Source: Myxococcota bacterium (GTDB lineage: Bacteria > Myxococcota_A > Bradymonadia > UBA7976 > UBA1532). Taken from it: a stretch of DNA of 64,000 bases. This document shows positions 9,613 to 20,190 of the stretch, in pieces (the first letter of the stretch is position 1; every line of letters starts with the position of its first letter). The stretch covers positions 64,001 through 128,000 of the forward strand of contig JAYZEG010000001.1 in assembly GCA_036337435.1 (NCBI GenBank), in the 5' to 3' direction. Below the pieces are notes generated by a model. That model was not told the DNA's origin, did not search any database, and saw only the letters and a program-made list of their open reading frames with translations. The translations under genes and the position numbers were made by a program.

Positions 9613-11997
9613 ATGGATACGGACCTTTTTTCAAGTGATGGAGAAGGCGCTGGGGGCCTGATAGAGCCAACTGACCTCTACCAGGCGACTCGGCACCGCT
9701 ACCTCAACTATGCGCTGAGCGTGATCACGAGTCGCGCCCTGCCAGACGTCCGAGACGGACTCAAACCGGTTCAGCGACGAATCTTGTACGGCATGTACAA
9801 GGATCTCAAGTTGCGCGCGGATACACGCTTTTTGAAGAGTGCGCGTGTGGTCGGTGAAGTGATGGGTAAATATCACCCACATGGTGACCAATCCATCTAC
9901 GATGCCATGGTCAGGATGGCCCAGAGCTTCAGTCTGAGGTACCCCTTGGTCGACGGACAAGGAAACTTTGGGTCCATCGATGGGGATGGGGCTGCAGCCA
10001 TGCGTTATACGGAAGCCAGACTTCAGAGTCTGGCCGAGGAACTGCTGGCTGAAATTGGCGAAGGTACGACGCTCTTTCGAACAACCTACGATGGTCAGTT
10101 GTCGGAGCCGATCACCCTCCCCGCACAAGTCCCAAATCTTCTCATCAATGGCGCATCAGGCATCGCCGTTGGTATGGCAACCAATATTCCGCCCCATAAT
10201 TTATGCGAAGTGATCGATGCATTGGTCTCCATGATCGACGACCCACTCGTGGACTCGGATACAGTCTGTCGCCATGTTCTGGGACCAGATTTTCCAACCG
10301 GGGGCGAAATACTCTCCTCGGCAGACGAGTTGAAGGCCATCTATACGACGGGTCAAGGCCCTGTGAAGCTGCGCGGAACGTATGATGTCGAGATGATCAA
10401 CCGAAAGAAATGCGTGGTCATCGACAGCATCCCCTACGGTGTCAATAAGAGCACCCTTATCGAAAAAATTGCCAGCCATATCATCAGCCGCAATGTCCCA
10501 CAAATTGTCGATGTTCGAGACGAAAGCACCGACGATATCAGAATCGTTCTGGAGCTTAAACGCGGCGCAGAGCCTAAGGTTGCGATGGCTTATCTGTACA
10601 AGAATACGCCACTGCAGCAGAACTTTCATGTCAACCTCACCTGCCTGGTTCCGTCGGATGTTCCCGAAGTATCTGCACCGGCGCGCTTGAGTCTATTGGA
10701 AGTACTTCGGCATTTCCTGGACTTCAGAATGGAGGTGGTCACACGCCGTCTTCGCCACCAGCTCGGTAAACTCGAAACAGCGATTCATCGGTTAGAGGGT
10801 TTCGAGATCATCTTCGATGCACTCGATGAATTGATCGCACTCATCAGAGCCAGTGAGGGCAAGGCTGACGCTGCACGAAAGATCATGTTGCGCTTCGATC
10901 TAGATGAAGAGCAAACCGATGCAATTCTTGAATTAAAGCTCTATCGCTTGGCAAAACTTGAAATTCTACTGATCCAAAAAGAATTGGACGAAAAACGACG
11001 CGATGCGGACCGGATTCGTGGGCTGCTGGCGAGCGAGTTTGCGCGCTGGAGCCTGGTTCGATCAGAGTTACTCGAAGTGCGAGAGGCCTACGGTGACCCA
11101 AGGCGTACGCGAATTACCGGCCCGACCAATGAGCAATCCTTCGATCCAGAAGCCTATATTGTGCGCGAGCGGACGTGGGTCATCGTCTCCAAACAGGGTC
11201 GAATTAAGCGGCAGAAAGGGTTTAGCGATGTCGGCGCAATTCGTGTACCCGACGGCGATGAGGTCGGCTGGGTAATCAGAACCGATACAACGCACACAGT
11301 GAGTCTCTACACCCAGTTTGGGTCAGCTTATACGCTTCGAGTGGACGACATCGGTGCTACTACAGGATATGGTGAACCCGTCCAAAGTGCATTTAACTTC
11401 AAAGATGGCGAACGAATCGTCGGGGTCACGACCAGCGATCCGAAAGTGGTGCGTGTCTGTGAGGACGCCGATGCGCTCTTGACCGATGACGACCCCAAGC
11501 CGCCTTTTGCGGTCGCGCTGAGCCGAGACGGTAAAGCCACCCGATTCGCAATCTCAGCTCACTTTGATGTGAGCACAAAGAACGGTCGACGTTTCATGAG
11601 TCTCGGCAAATCTGATGAAGTGTTGGCCGTATTTCTGAGTAGCGGTGATGAGCACGTTGCATTGGCAACGGTCAAGGGACGAGCGATGTTGTTCCGCGTT
11701 GACGAAATCCCGCCGAAGGCGACAGCGATTCGCGGCGTCAACGCAATCAAGCTGGCCTCAGGAGATCAAATCCTCGGATTCACGCTGACCATTAAGAAGC
11801 GACAAGGATTGACGGTTTGGACCAGTCGAGGGCGGGAGCTGATCGTACGTGAGACCAGCTACAAACCAGTCAAGCGCGGGGCTAAAGGTGCAGTCGTTCT
11901 CCAGGTTGGTTCACTCACCAAATGTGATTGGCCACTGCAAATCCTTCAGCCGCCCAGCGAAGAAGACGAGACTGAGGTTGATGAGGTAGTCGAATGA
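9613..11997 (+). CDS. parC: Type IIA topoisomerase subunit A (topoisomerase IV ParC-like)
   Basis: [22 protein letters not shown] and AAAMRYTE (catalytic Tyr); no canonical QRRGGKG GyrA-box at the start of the CTD. ParC vs GyrA is inferred. Confidence 0.85.
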   Translation: MDTDLFSSDGEGAGGLIEPTDLYQATRHRYLNYALSVITSRALPDVRDGLKPVQRRILYGMYKDLKLRADTRFLKSARVVGEVMGKYHPHGDQSIYDAMVRMAQSFSLRYPLVDGQGNFGSIDGDGAAAMRYTEARLQSLAEELLAEIGEGTTLFRTTYDGQLSEPITLPAQVPNLLINGASGIAVGMATNIPPHNLCEVIDALVSMIDDPLVDSDTVCRHVLGPDFPTGGEILSSADELKAIYTTGQGPVKLRGTYDVEMINRKKCVVIDSIPYGVNKSTLIEKIASHIISRNVPQIVDVRDESTDDIRIVLELKRGAEPKVAMAYLYKNTPLQQNFHVNLTCLVPSDVPEVSAPARLSLLEVLRHFLDFRMEVVTRRLRHQLGKLETAIHRLEGFEIIFDALDELIALIRASEGKADAARKIMLRFDLDEEQTDAILELKLYRLAKLEILLIQKELDEKRRDADRIRGLLASEFARWSLVRSELLEVREAYGDPRRTRITGPTNEQSFDPEAYIVRERTWVIVSKQGRIKRQKGFSDVGAIRVPDGDEVGWVIRTDTTHTVSLYTQFGSAYTLRVDDIGATTGYGEPVQSAFNFKDGERIVGVTTSDPKVVRVCEDADALLTDDDPKPPFAVALSRDGKATRFAISAHFDVSTKNGRRFMSLGKSDEVLAVFLSSGDEHVALATVKGRAMLFRVDEIPPKATAIRGVNAIKLASGDQILGFTLTIKKRQGLTVWTSRGRELIVRETSYKPVKRGAKGAVVLQVGSLTKCDWPLQILQPPSEEDETEVDEVVE

Positions 11998-13925
11998 GCA
12001 GCAATTACACAGCGAGTGACATCACCATTCTTGAGGGTCTCGAACCAGTTCGAAAACGGCCGGGCATGTACATCGGTGGTGTCGGTAAGAACGGCTTACA
12101 TCACCTCATCTGGGAAGTGCTGGATAATGCAGTCGATGAGGCCATCAATGGCCATGCTAGCGTGATCAATGTGACGCTAGAAGCCAATGGCAAAACGGTC
12201 TCAGTTGAAGATAACGGACGCGGAATTCCGGTTGAGACGCATCCAACAGACAGCCAGAAGCGAAGCACATTGGAGGTCATTTTCACCGAGCTCCACGCGG
12301 GCGGTAAATTTGAACAAGGTGCCTATAGAACAGCGGGTGGCCTCCACGGTGTTGGTGCCAGCGTCGTCAATGCCCTATCGGAGGACCTCCTGGTTCGAGT
12401 GAAGCGGAATGGCGACACATACGAACAACGCTTTAGTAGGGGCCACTCCTTGGGATCCATCGATAAGGTCGGTCCAGGACGAGGTACGGGGACCTTTGTC
12501 CGCTTTACGCCGGATGAGACGATATTCGAATCAACCCTGTTTGATTCGAAACTGATCGCCAGTCGCCTTGAAGTGAAGACCTATCTTCACAAGGGCCTAC
12601 GAATTGTCTTCCGGGATGAAACTGCACGAGAGAAGGACAACAGAGTCCGAGAGTTTCGCCACGAGGGCGGGATTGTCGAATACCTGGACGATTTAATTAC
12701 AGCCCGTAGTCGACGCAAAGTAATCGACACAATTTTCAGCGTGGATCGAGACGAGGCTGACGGGCGAATCGAAATTGCACTGACGTGGACAGAAGCCACC
12801 GACATTGTCGTACACAGCTTCGTTAACGGCATCCCAACTCAAGACGGTGGGACCCACGAAAGTGGCCTGCGTGATGCCATCAATAAAGCGGTTCGAGATT
12901 ATATTGACGTCCATGAACTGACCCCAAGAGGCGTAACCGTATCCGCTGAGGATATCCGCGAGGGTCTGACAGCGTCGGTCAACCTATTCATCGGTGAGCC
13001 GCAGTTCCAAGGACAGACAAAGGACCGTCTCAATAATCCTGAAGTTCGTGGGTTTGTCACCTCTGCAGTCCGACCCGTCTTGGAACAATGGCTGCATCAG
13101 AATCAGACGACATCGGGTGCCATTGTAACCCGAATCATTCAAGCAGCCAGAGCACGCCAAGCAAGCCGGTCTGCAGCAGCAGCGGTCAGACGAAAATCTC
13201 CGGTGAGCCATCGACTTAATCTGCCCGGTAAGCTCGCTGATTGCTCTAGCACGGACCCAGGTGAATCTGAATTGTTCCTGGTTGAGGGTGACAGTGCGGG
13301 CGGGTCTGCGAAGCAAGGGCGCGACAGGCAGACACAAGCAATCCTTCCTTTGCGCGGTAAAGTTTTGAACGCAGAGCAGGCCAATGATCGCAAAGTGATG
13401 TCTAACCAAGAGTTAGCAGATATCGTTAAGGCCATTGGCTGTGGCATGGGCCAAGATCTCGATGAAGACAAACTGCGGTATCACAAAATTATTCTGCTCA
13501 TGGATGCCGATAGCGATGGGCATCACATCGCGACCCTCTTGCTGACATTCTTCTATCGATACCTAAAACCACTGATCGATGGGGGCTATGTATACATCGC
13601 TCAGCCACCTCTCTACCGAGTCGATATCGGTAAACAAACCTATTGGGCAGCAGACGATGCACAACGTGACCAGATCATCTCTGGACACAAAGGAAAAGGC
13701 AAAGTCGAAATACAGCGATTTAAAGGTTTGGGTGAAATGATGCCATCGACCCTGTACAAAACGACACTCGACCCATTGCATCGCCGCTTGCTACAAGTTC
13801 AAATTACAGACGAAGATCGATTGATTACGGAAACCACGATAACAGAGCTGATGGGAAAAGATCCCGCGGCGCGATTCCACTTTGTGATGAATAGCGCACA
13901 TGAGGCAGAAGAACTGGACATTTAG
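11994..13925 (+). CDS. parE: Type IIA topoisomerase subunit B (topoisomerase IV ParE-like)
   Basis: [57 protein letters not shown]; 643 aa, so no large proteobacterial GyrB insertion. Confidence 0.85.
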   Translation: MSSNYTASDITILEGLEPVRKRPGMYIGGVGKNGLHHLIWEVLDNAVDEAINGHASVINVTLEANGKTVSVEDNGRGIPVETHPTDSQKRSTLEVIFTELHAGGKFEQGAYRTAGGLHGVGASVVNALSEDLLVRVKRNGDTYEQRFSRGHSLGSIDKVGPGRGTGTFVRFTPDETIFESTLFDSKLIASRLEVKTYLHKGLRIVFRDETAREKDNRVREFRHEGGIVEYLDDLITARSRRKVIDTIFSVDRDEADGRIEIALTWTEATDIVVHSFVNGIPTQDGGTHESGLRDAINKAVRDYIDVHELTPRGVTVSAEDIREGLTASVNLFIGEPQFQGQTKDRLNNPEVRGFVTSAVRPVLEQWLHQNQTTSGAIVTRIIQAARARQASRSAAAAVRRKSPVSHRLNLPGKLADCSSTDPGESELFLVEGDSAGGSAKQGRDRQTQAILPLRGKVLNAEQANDRKVMSNQELADIVKAIGCGMGQDLDEDKLRYHKIILLMDADSDGHHIATLLLTFFYRYLKPLIDGGYVYIAQPPLYRVDIGKQTYWAADDAQRDQIISGHKGKGKVEIQRFKGLGEMMPSTLYKTTLDPLHRRLLQVQITDEDRLITETTITELMGKDPAARFHFVMNSAHEAEELDI

Positions 13926-13994
13926 ACTCGATGACGGTGATCACATAAGCGTTGCAAGTGCCAACGTACGACGTGCGATCCAAGGAGGATTGAG

Positions 13995-14666
13995 ATGTTT
14001 AATCGACGTGCATTTCTAAGCCTTGCAGCACTCAGTATTTACCCAATTGGGGCGCGCTCCTATGTCCTGCCCGGGTATGGAATCATCCGAGAGGCGAAGT
14101 CGAAATTAAAGGCGTCAAAAGGGCTAAAAGTCACTTTAGAGACGCAAGTATGGGGTTCTGAAACCCGTCTGATGACGACCGTATCAGAGCGCTGGAACTT
14201 TAGCGGTGCCGGCCAGTTAACAATCCTTGGATCGACGAGCGAGACAGCCTGGTCTTTGGGCATGGACGCTCCATCGGCGTCGACATTTCCCGGGTTGGAC
14301 CTTCGTGTGATTCTCATCGGCCTTTTTGGAATGGGGGGACTTGATTCGGTTTTGTCTCATCTACGGATCGACTCAAAAAAGAGTCGCCTTGGTCTGCTCA
14401 ACAAAACTCCCATGCTTGTGGTCGGTACAAAAACCAAGCAGGAAAGGGCACCAGAAATCTGGTTTAATAAGAGAACCTGGATGGTAGAACGACTGAGATT
14501 TGGGGCACTCCAGACGTCTTACGACCTGCGACTGAGCGATTGGACAGCACCCGCGACACAAGGCATCTTTCCTGGGCGGATGACGCTCAATCTGAATGAC
14601 CGACCGATCCGTCTTTCCAAAACCGTTGGAATAAACAGGCTGAAAGGGCGGGTGAAGGGTGGCTGA
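13995..14666 (+). CDS. Exported hypothetical protein with Tat-like signal (possible LolA-like fold)
   Basis: GGAGG RBS; NRRAFL twin-arginine motif; beta-rich mature region. Fold assignment is speculative. Confidence 0.65.
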   Translation: MFNRRAFLSLAALSIYPIGARSYVLPGYGIIREAKSKLKASKGLKVTLETQVWGSETRLMTTVSERWNFSGAGQLTILGSTSETAWSLGMDAPSASTFPGLDLRVILIGLFGMGGLDSVLSHLRIDSKKSRLGLLNKTPMLVVGTKTKQERAPEIWFNKRTWMVERLRFGALQTSYDLRLSDWTAPATQGIFPGRMTLNLNDRPIRLSKTVGINRLKGRVKGG

Positions 14667-17079
14667 ATTTGTCGAAGTGGCCATACCCGTCCCACTGAGG
14701 ACGACCTATTCATATGCTGTCCCGCCCCCCATGCGTCCACACATCCAGCCGGGTCAACGCGTTCTGGTCTCGTTCGCAAATCGAAAAATCGTCGGCTATG
14801 TTTTGGCCTGCTTAGAGCAGCCACCAAAGGGGATAAAGCTCAAGGCAATCACGCGTATCGTCGATGAGCAAACGCCCACGTTTAGCCCTCAAATGCTGGG
14901 GTTCGTTAAGTGGATTGCGACGTATTACCTCGCACCGATAGGAGAGGTTCTCAAGGGTGCACATCCAGCAGGCACCAACGCCAAAAGTATTCCTGCTCTC
15001 GCTCTCGGTCCTAATCAAAAAGCAGCAGAATTCGCCGCTGGTGTCGATCTAGATCTGGCCTCTTTACTCCTCCAATTGAAAGAAAAAAACAAACCTGTGG
15101 CTCTTTCCGACGTGCCTGGTGCGCCATCAAAGTCTGCCATCAACGCCTGGGTTCAGTCGGGGTTTGTTGAGAGGGACTCGCTCGAGCAAAAGGGCCGTAT
15201 TGCCATCAAGAAAACCAAGACATTCAGAGCTGTAGGCCCCTGTCCACTCGAGCCGCGTGGCCGAGGTGGCCGAGTCCTTCGACGTGATGAAATTCATAGG
15301 TGGTTAATCGGTCAAGGCGACGTTATCCGAGAAGACGTGGAGAAACAATTTCCCAAGTCTCGTCAGCACCTAAAGCAGCTGCTCAATGAAGGCCATATCG
15401 TCGAGGGCTACAAAGAAGTGTACCGAGACCCTTTTATGGGCAGGACAGTTGCGCGTGATCGACCACCACAGCTCAATCGAGCCCAAGAAACGGCTGTAGA
15501 CCTCATTGCAAAAACAAAGGGCTATTGCGGCTATCTACTGTACGGAGTCACAGGAAGCGGCAAGACGGAAGTCTATTTACGCGCGATTTCGCAGGTATTA
15601 AAGGCGGGCCGGGGCGCATTGGTTCTTGTCCCGGAAATCGCGCTCACCCCTCAGCTTGTTGAACGTTTTAGGGCCCGTTTTGGTGATAACATCGCCGTCT
15701 TGCACAGTGCCCTTACCGATGGCGAACGCTATGACCAATGGCGCCAAATTAGACGCCGTGAACTTAAGATTGTCATTGGGGCTCGGTCAGCGATATTCGC
15801 ACCCATAAGTGACCTCGGCATTATCGTGGTAGACGAGGAGCACGACCCGTCCTACAAGCAAGGCGACGGCCTGAGATACCACGCGCGGGACATGGCGCTG
15901 ATTCGGGGGAGTCGAGAACAGGTTCCGGTTATTCTCGGGTCAGCAACGCCATCCCTAGAAAGTGTTTTCAATGTCCAGCATGGGAAATTAAAGCGGCTTA
16001 ATCTGCCGAGCCGAGCCACCGGAAGTGCCTTGCCTTCGGTTGAACTGATCGACCTTTCTACGACGCAGGCACCGGATGATGGTGACCGATTCTTGTCCCA
16101 ACCGGTGAGGGATGCTTTGGCCGAGACGATTCGAAAAGGCGAGCAAAGTATCGTCTTTCTGAATAGACGGGGCTTCAGCAGTTTTGTGCAATGTACCGCT
16201 TGCGGTGACGTGGTCGAATGCCATCGTTGTGCAATTTCAATGACATGGCACAAACGTCGGCGACTGCTGAGCTGTCACTACTGCAACGCAGCCCGACCCC
16301 TGCCAGAGCACTGTGCGTCATGTCAAAAACCGGCATTGGAGCTCCTGGGCCGCGGTACAGAAAAAGTAGAAGACCGAATTATGGCTCTGTTTCCCAATGC
16401 CCGTGTCCAGCGCCTCGACAGAGACACGTCAGCCGGCCGCGGCTTAGAGTCCATCGTAAGCAGAATGCAGAGTCAGGAAATCGACATCCTCGTTGGAACG
16501 CAAATGGTGACCAAAGGACATGACTTTCCCAATGTCACCCTGGTGTGTGTGCTGGATGCTGACGCAGGCCTTAACTTTCCTGATTTTAGGGCCGGTGAAC
16601 GGACCATACAATTGCTCACTCAAGTTGCAGGACGAGCTGGCCGTGGAGGCAAGAGTGGTCGTGTTCTGATTCAGACTTGGGATTCCGCCCAACCCAATTT
16701 GGCAACGCTGAAAACCCATGATTACGGCCGGTTCTGCGATGAAGAGCTCAAATTGAGATCCCTGATTGGATACCCACCCTATGAGTACGCACTCACTGTT
16801 CGAGTAGACGCACGCAATTCGACTCACGCTGAACGCGCCATTCGTGTGTTCGAGCAGGAGGTTTTAAGTCAACAAGACAACTTGCCCGGTCTGACTGTCA
16901 GGGGACCTGCTCCAGCCGCACTGGAACGACTCAAAGGACGGACCAGATGGGCATTCCTGTTGACTGCAAAAAAACGGCAGATTCTCCGACATGCATTATC
17001 GCTTATGAGCATCGAAGATCCCGATAGACCAAAGGATATTCGCGTCATTATCGATGTCGACCCTCATGACATGCTTTGA
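14659..17079 (+). CDS. priA: Primosomal protein N' (replication restart helicase)
   Basis: GVTGSGKTEVY, DEEHD, GSATPS, four CxxC Zn pairs, GTQMVTKGHDFP, QVAGRAGR. Confidence 0.97.
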   Translation: MAEFVEVAIPVPLRTTYSYAVPPPMRPHIQPGQRVLVSFANRKIVGYVLACLEQPPKGIKLKAITRIVDEQTPTFSPQMLGFVKWIATYYLAPIGEVLKGAHPAGTNAKSIPALALGPNQKAAEFAAGVDLDLASLLLQLKEKNKPVALSDVPGAPSKSAINAWVQSGFVERDSLEQKGRIAIKKTKTFRAVGPCPLEPRGRGGRVLRRDEIHRWLIGQGDVIREDVEKQFPKSRQHLKQLLNEGHIVEGYKEVYRDPFMGRTVARDRPPQLNRAQETAVDLIAKTKGYCGYLLYGVTGSGKTEVYLRAISQVLKAGRGALVLVPEIALTPQLVERFRARFGDNIAVLHSALTDGERYDQWRQIRRRELKIVIGARSAIFAPISDLGIIVVDEEHDPSYKQGDGLRYHARDMALIRGSREQVPVILGSATPSLESVFNVQHGKLKRLNLPSRATGSALPSVELIDLSTTQAPDDGDRFLSQPVRDALAETIRKGEQSIVFLNRRGFSSFVQCTACGDVVECHRCAISMTWHKRRRLLSCHYCNAARPLPEHCASCQKPALELLGRGTEKVEDRIMALFPNARVQRLDRDTSAGRGLESIVSRMQSQEIDILVGTQMVTKGHDFPNVTLVCVLDADAGLNFPDFRAGERTIQLLTQVAGRAGRGGKSGRVLIQTWDSAQPNLATLKTHDYGRFCDEELKLRSLIGYPPYEYALTVRVDARNSTHAERAIRVFEQEVLSQQDNLPGLTVRGPAPAALERLKGRTRWAFLLTAKKRQILRHALSLMSIEDPDRPKDIRVIIDVDPHDML

Positions 17080-17127
17080 CGGATACGGCGTCGAGCAGAG
17101 TATTCAGTTCCCAAGGAGGAGGGGTCG

Positions 17128-17736
17128 TCAAGTAAAGCTGCTGACATCGCCGAGCCCAATCCGGAAAACTTCGGGCGGTGCAGTCGTTAAATCAACGACA
17201 CTGCTGACGCCTCCAGGGACATCACCCGCGTCGATCACAGCCTCCAACCCGTGGCCAAAAAACGACTCTACTGTCCAAGGGTCTGTTGCAAGAAAATCAC
17301 TGTCCGGTTCAATAGCACTGGTGACGATCAGCGGTTTTCGTAACGCCTCGATAAGCGTTTGAGGAACGATGTGGTCAGGCACCCGTGCGCCAAATCGCTT
17401 TCGCTTGTCGCCGATAAACCTCGGAAGACTCCGCTTGGACTCGAGGATGAAGCAATAAGGACCCGGTAGGTGACGCTTTAAGATGCGAAACTGGAGGTCA
17501 TCGACCAGCGCGTACTCACTGATGTGTCTGATGTCGCGAAACATGAGGGCCAAAGGTTTTTTGGGATCGAGACGGCGCAACGCGGTCAGCTTTTGAACTG
17601 CACTTTTCCGGTCGGGCAGACAGACGAGGGAGTAACTTGTGTCAGTGGGCATTCCCAGGAGTCCACCAGCCTCTAAGAACCCAACGAGGCGTTCGATCTG
17701 GTAAGGGGATGGATGTGGACTGAGCTGTAAGATCAT
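17128..17736 (-). CDS. Sua5/YciO/YrdC family protein (YciO-like)
   Basis: PTDTSYSL, LPGPYCFIL, ARVPDH, VTSA, SSVVDLT motifs. Confidence 0.9.
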   Translation of the reverse strand: MILQLSPHPSPYQIERLVGFLEAGGLLGMPTDTSYSLVCLPDRKSAVQKLTALRRLDPKKPLALMFRDIRHISEYALVDDLQFRILKRHLPGPYCFILESKRSLPRFIGDKRKRFGARVPDHIVPQTLIEALRKPLIVTSAIEPDSDFLATDPWTVESFFGHGLEAVIDAGDVPGGVSSVVDLTTAPPEVFRIGLGDVSSFT

Positions 17737-17742
17737 GGTGTT

Positions 17743-18108
17743 TTATTTCGCCAGGGGGGCTTCGATGACTTTTCCGGGCAAGCTGATCTCGGGCCTGTGG
17801 ACGCGCCGTCGGTACAAGAGCGCGATCCGGCCGATGGTCTGAGCTAAATGCGCCCCTGTTTTCTCGGCAAGAATTTGTGCATTCTTTTTTCGTTCTTTGG
17901 GTGGGTCTTCACCCATCGAAACCTTGATCAATTCATGGTCTCGAAGCGCGCTTCGCACCGATTCAACGAATTCATCAGTCAGGCCTTTCTGCCCCACCCT
18001 GATAAAGGCTTTCAGGCTGTGTCCCTGAGCCCTCAGGGCGCGTCTCTGCGCACCCGTGATTTCATAGGGCAGGCGCTTAGGATTCGGACTTTCGTTTGTA
18101 TCAGCCAT
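17743..18108 (-). CDS. yhbY: CRM-domain ribosome assembly RNA-binding protein YhbY
   Basis: ITGAQRRALRAQGHSLK...VGQKGLT...HELIKV...QTIGRIALLYR. Confidence 0.92.
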   Translation of the reverse strand: MADTNESPNPKRLPYEITGAQRRALRAQGHSLKAFIRVGQKGLTDEFVESVRSALRDHELIKVSMGEDPPKERKKNAQILAEKTGAHLAQTIGRIALLYRRRVHRPEISLPGKVIEAPLAK

Positions 18109-18223
18109 GGTCGATTCTCCCGAGAAACCAGCGGCGCATCATGCCGATCTCCCACCAGAGTAGCAAGCAATAAGATCGACGGCCGTTTCTAGATGAATGC
18201 CATGGTCTGTTTGGAGCCCGAGT

Positions 18224-18526
18224 TTACTTCTCGACATCCGATTCGCGGAGGGCTTCGACAATCCGCTTTTTACGATCTCGTCTCAGTTCGGGGTTGGCCT
18301 CCAGAGCCGCCAGGATTTCGGCCTCAATTGCAGCTAACTTGGCCGCAACGTCTGCTCTATGCTCTGGGTTAACGCCATCAAGTTTGCTGCCAAGACGGCC
18401 TCGGTCGGGGACGGTCGAACCAGCTCTCATTCGCAGGACGCGTTCTTCTTCAGCAGTCAGCTCGGTTTTCTTCCGGTCGGCTTCTGTTATCACCGTCGTC
18501 GTACGCCTTCTATCCTGCTTCTTCAC
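18224..18526 (-). CDS. Small protein with a sigma70 region-4-like segment
   Basis: 100-aa charged helical ORF; ELTAEEERVLRMRAG resembles sigma70 region 4.1. Confidence 0.7.
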   Translation of the reverse strand: MKKQDRRRTTTVITEADRKKTELTAEEERVLRMRAGSTVPDRGRLGSKLDGVNPEHRADVAAKLAAIEAEILAALEANPELRRDRKKRIVEALRESDVEK

Positions 18527-19047
18527 TGCGACCCCTTAAATACCGAATGGACATGGTCCATTCTCGCCTACTACCCACTCGAGAATCAGACCCGTAGGAC
18601 GTCTGATGCTATCGAGTTCAATGCCGATAAATCGAAGCGTTCATGCTGTGCTGCTGAGCACTCCTGAATACCCCCTTAGTATTAATCGACGCGGGATCAC
18701 CAGGCAAACTTTTGCTTGTTTAAAAACTAAAAAAACTCATGGTGAGACAAGTCGAAGACAGCGCAAACCTATGTAATTGTAGATATTGTGTTGAGAACCA
18801 AGCATCGGTTTTTTTCTGGCAAATTTCGGCCTCAAATACGCCGAAAAAACCATCCTTCACCCCCGGTAATATCAATCCCCACAGATGGGTCATTGGCGGT
18901 ATATGTCGCACTCATCCTGACCTTGTGCCACCTGAGCACACGCGTGTGCATCTTGACCTTCGACGCCGAAGGTGGCACCCAAAGAGATGAAATGCGTAGA
19001 TGACGACGCAGACTACTCAATGCTCGAACAGGAATAGGCAATAGATT

Positions 19048-20187
19048 ATGGCAACTGATCACGACGCAGTCATGTCCGCATTACGCGACATCATCATCCC
19101 AAACAGCGAGACAAAGTTGGTCGATTCAGGTCGAATTAAGGACATCGAATTCGAAGACAACGAGGTGATCATCACGCTGAACATGGATGACATTACTCGG
19201 GACAATCGACACGCCCTCGAAGATACCGTCCTACAAGCCACTGAGGGGCTTGATGGCATTGAAGATGTTTCCATTGAGGTCGAAATGGAGGCGCAAGACG
19301 TGCCCACAGCACCTGACCCTGGCGTATCAGTTCATAAACCAGGTGCACCAGCCGCGGCGGTCAAGCAAAAGGTAACCCCGCTCTCAAAGATCAAGAACCT
19401 CATCGGCATTGCCAGCGGCAAGGGTGGCGTTGGTAAATCGACCGTCTCGGTCAATCTGGCCATGGCACTGAAGGCAAAGGGGGCGCGAGTCGGCATCTGC
19501 GACATCGATATTTATGGGCCATCCATTCCGATACAAATGGGCGTAGCGCAGGCAAAGCCAGGCGTCTCGTCCGACCAAAAAAGATTTCAGCCTGTCGAAG
19601 CGTACGGCGTCAAGATCATGTCGATCGGTTTCTTGGTCGATGACGACACACCGGTGATCTGGAGGGGTCCGATCGTCTCGTCGGTCGTAAAACAATTCTT
19701 GGACGATGTTGATTGGGGCGAACTTGACTATCTGGTCATCGATATGCCTCCGGGAACAGGCGACGCCCAACTCACATTGACCCAATCAGCACCCCTCACG
19801 GGTGCTGTGATTGTGACTACACCCAGTGAACTCGCGTTGGTCGATGCTCAGAAAGGCCTACAGATGTTTAGAAAAGTCGAGGTTCCTGTCCTGGGTTTGA
19901 TCGAGAATATGAGTTATTACGTGTGCGGTCACTGTGGTGAAGAAAGCCAGCCTTTCAACAAGGGGCGGACCAACCGACTGACGGAGCAGTTTGACGTACC
20001 CTTGCTCGCTCGAATTCCGTTGGACCACGACATCCAACGCGGAAGTGATGAAGGCCGTCCGGTGGTTGCCATGCAACCGGACAGTCCACAGGCATTGGCT
20101 TTTTCAAAACTGGCGGATGGCATCATCGAAAAATGTCCGTACGAAGAAAAGAAAAACGGGCTCATCAAGGGGCTTTTCGGGCGCTGA
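19048..20187 (+). CDS. mrp: Mrp/ApbC/NBP35 Fe-S cluster carrier ATPase
   Basis: N-terminal MIP18/DUF59-like domain; SGKGGVGKST, DIDIYGPS, WRGP, DMPPGTGD, ENMSYYVCGHC. Confidence 0.95.
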   Translation: MATDHDAVMSALRDIIIPNSETKLVDSGRIKDIEFEDNEVIITLNMDDITRDNRHALEDTVLQATEGLDGIEDVSIEVEMEAQDVPTAPDPGVSVHKPGAPAAAVKQKVTPLSKIKNLIGIASGKGGVGKSTVSVNLAMALKAKGARVGICDIDIYGPSIPIQMGVAQAKPGVSSDQKRFQPVEAYGVKIMSIGFLVDDDTPVIWRGPIVSSVVKQFLDDVDWGELDYLVIDMPPGTGDAQLTLTQSAPLTGAVIVTTPSELALVDAQKGLQMFRKVEVPVLGLIENMSYYVCGHCGEESQPFNKGRTNRLTEQFDVPLLARIPLDHDIQRGSDEGRPVVAMQPDSPQALAFSKLADGIIEKCPYEEKKNGLIKGLFGR

Positions 20188-20190
20188 GAC

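Noticed and set aside
18701..18830. Sigma54-like GG...GC motifs (CAGGCAAACTTTTGC, CTGGCAAATTTCGGC)
   Set aside because: GG-to-GC spacing is 9 nt, not the required 10.
18720..19062. Short ORFs of 63-83 aa in the intergenic gap
   Set aside because: Mutually overlapping, with no convincing RBS or protein-like composition.
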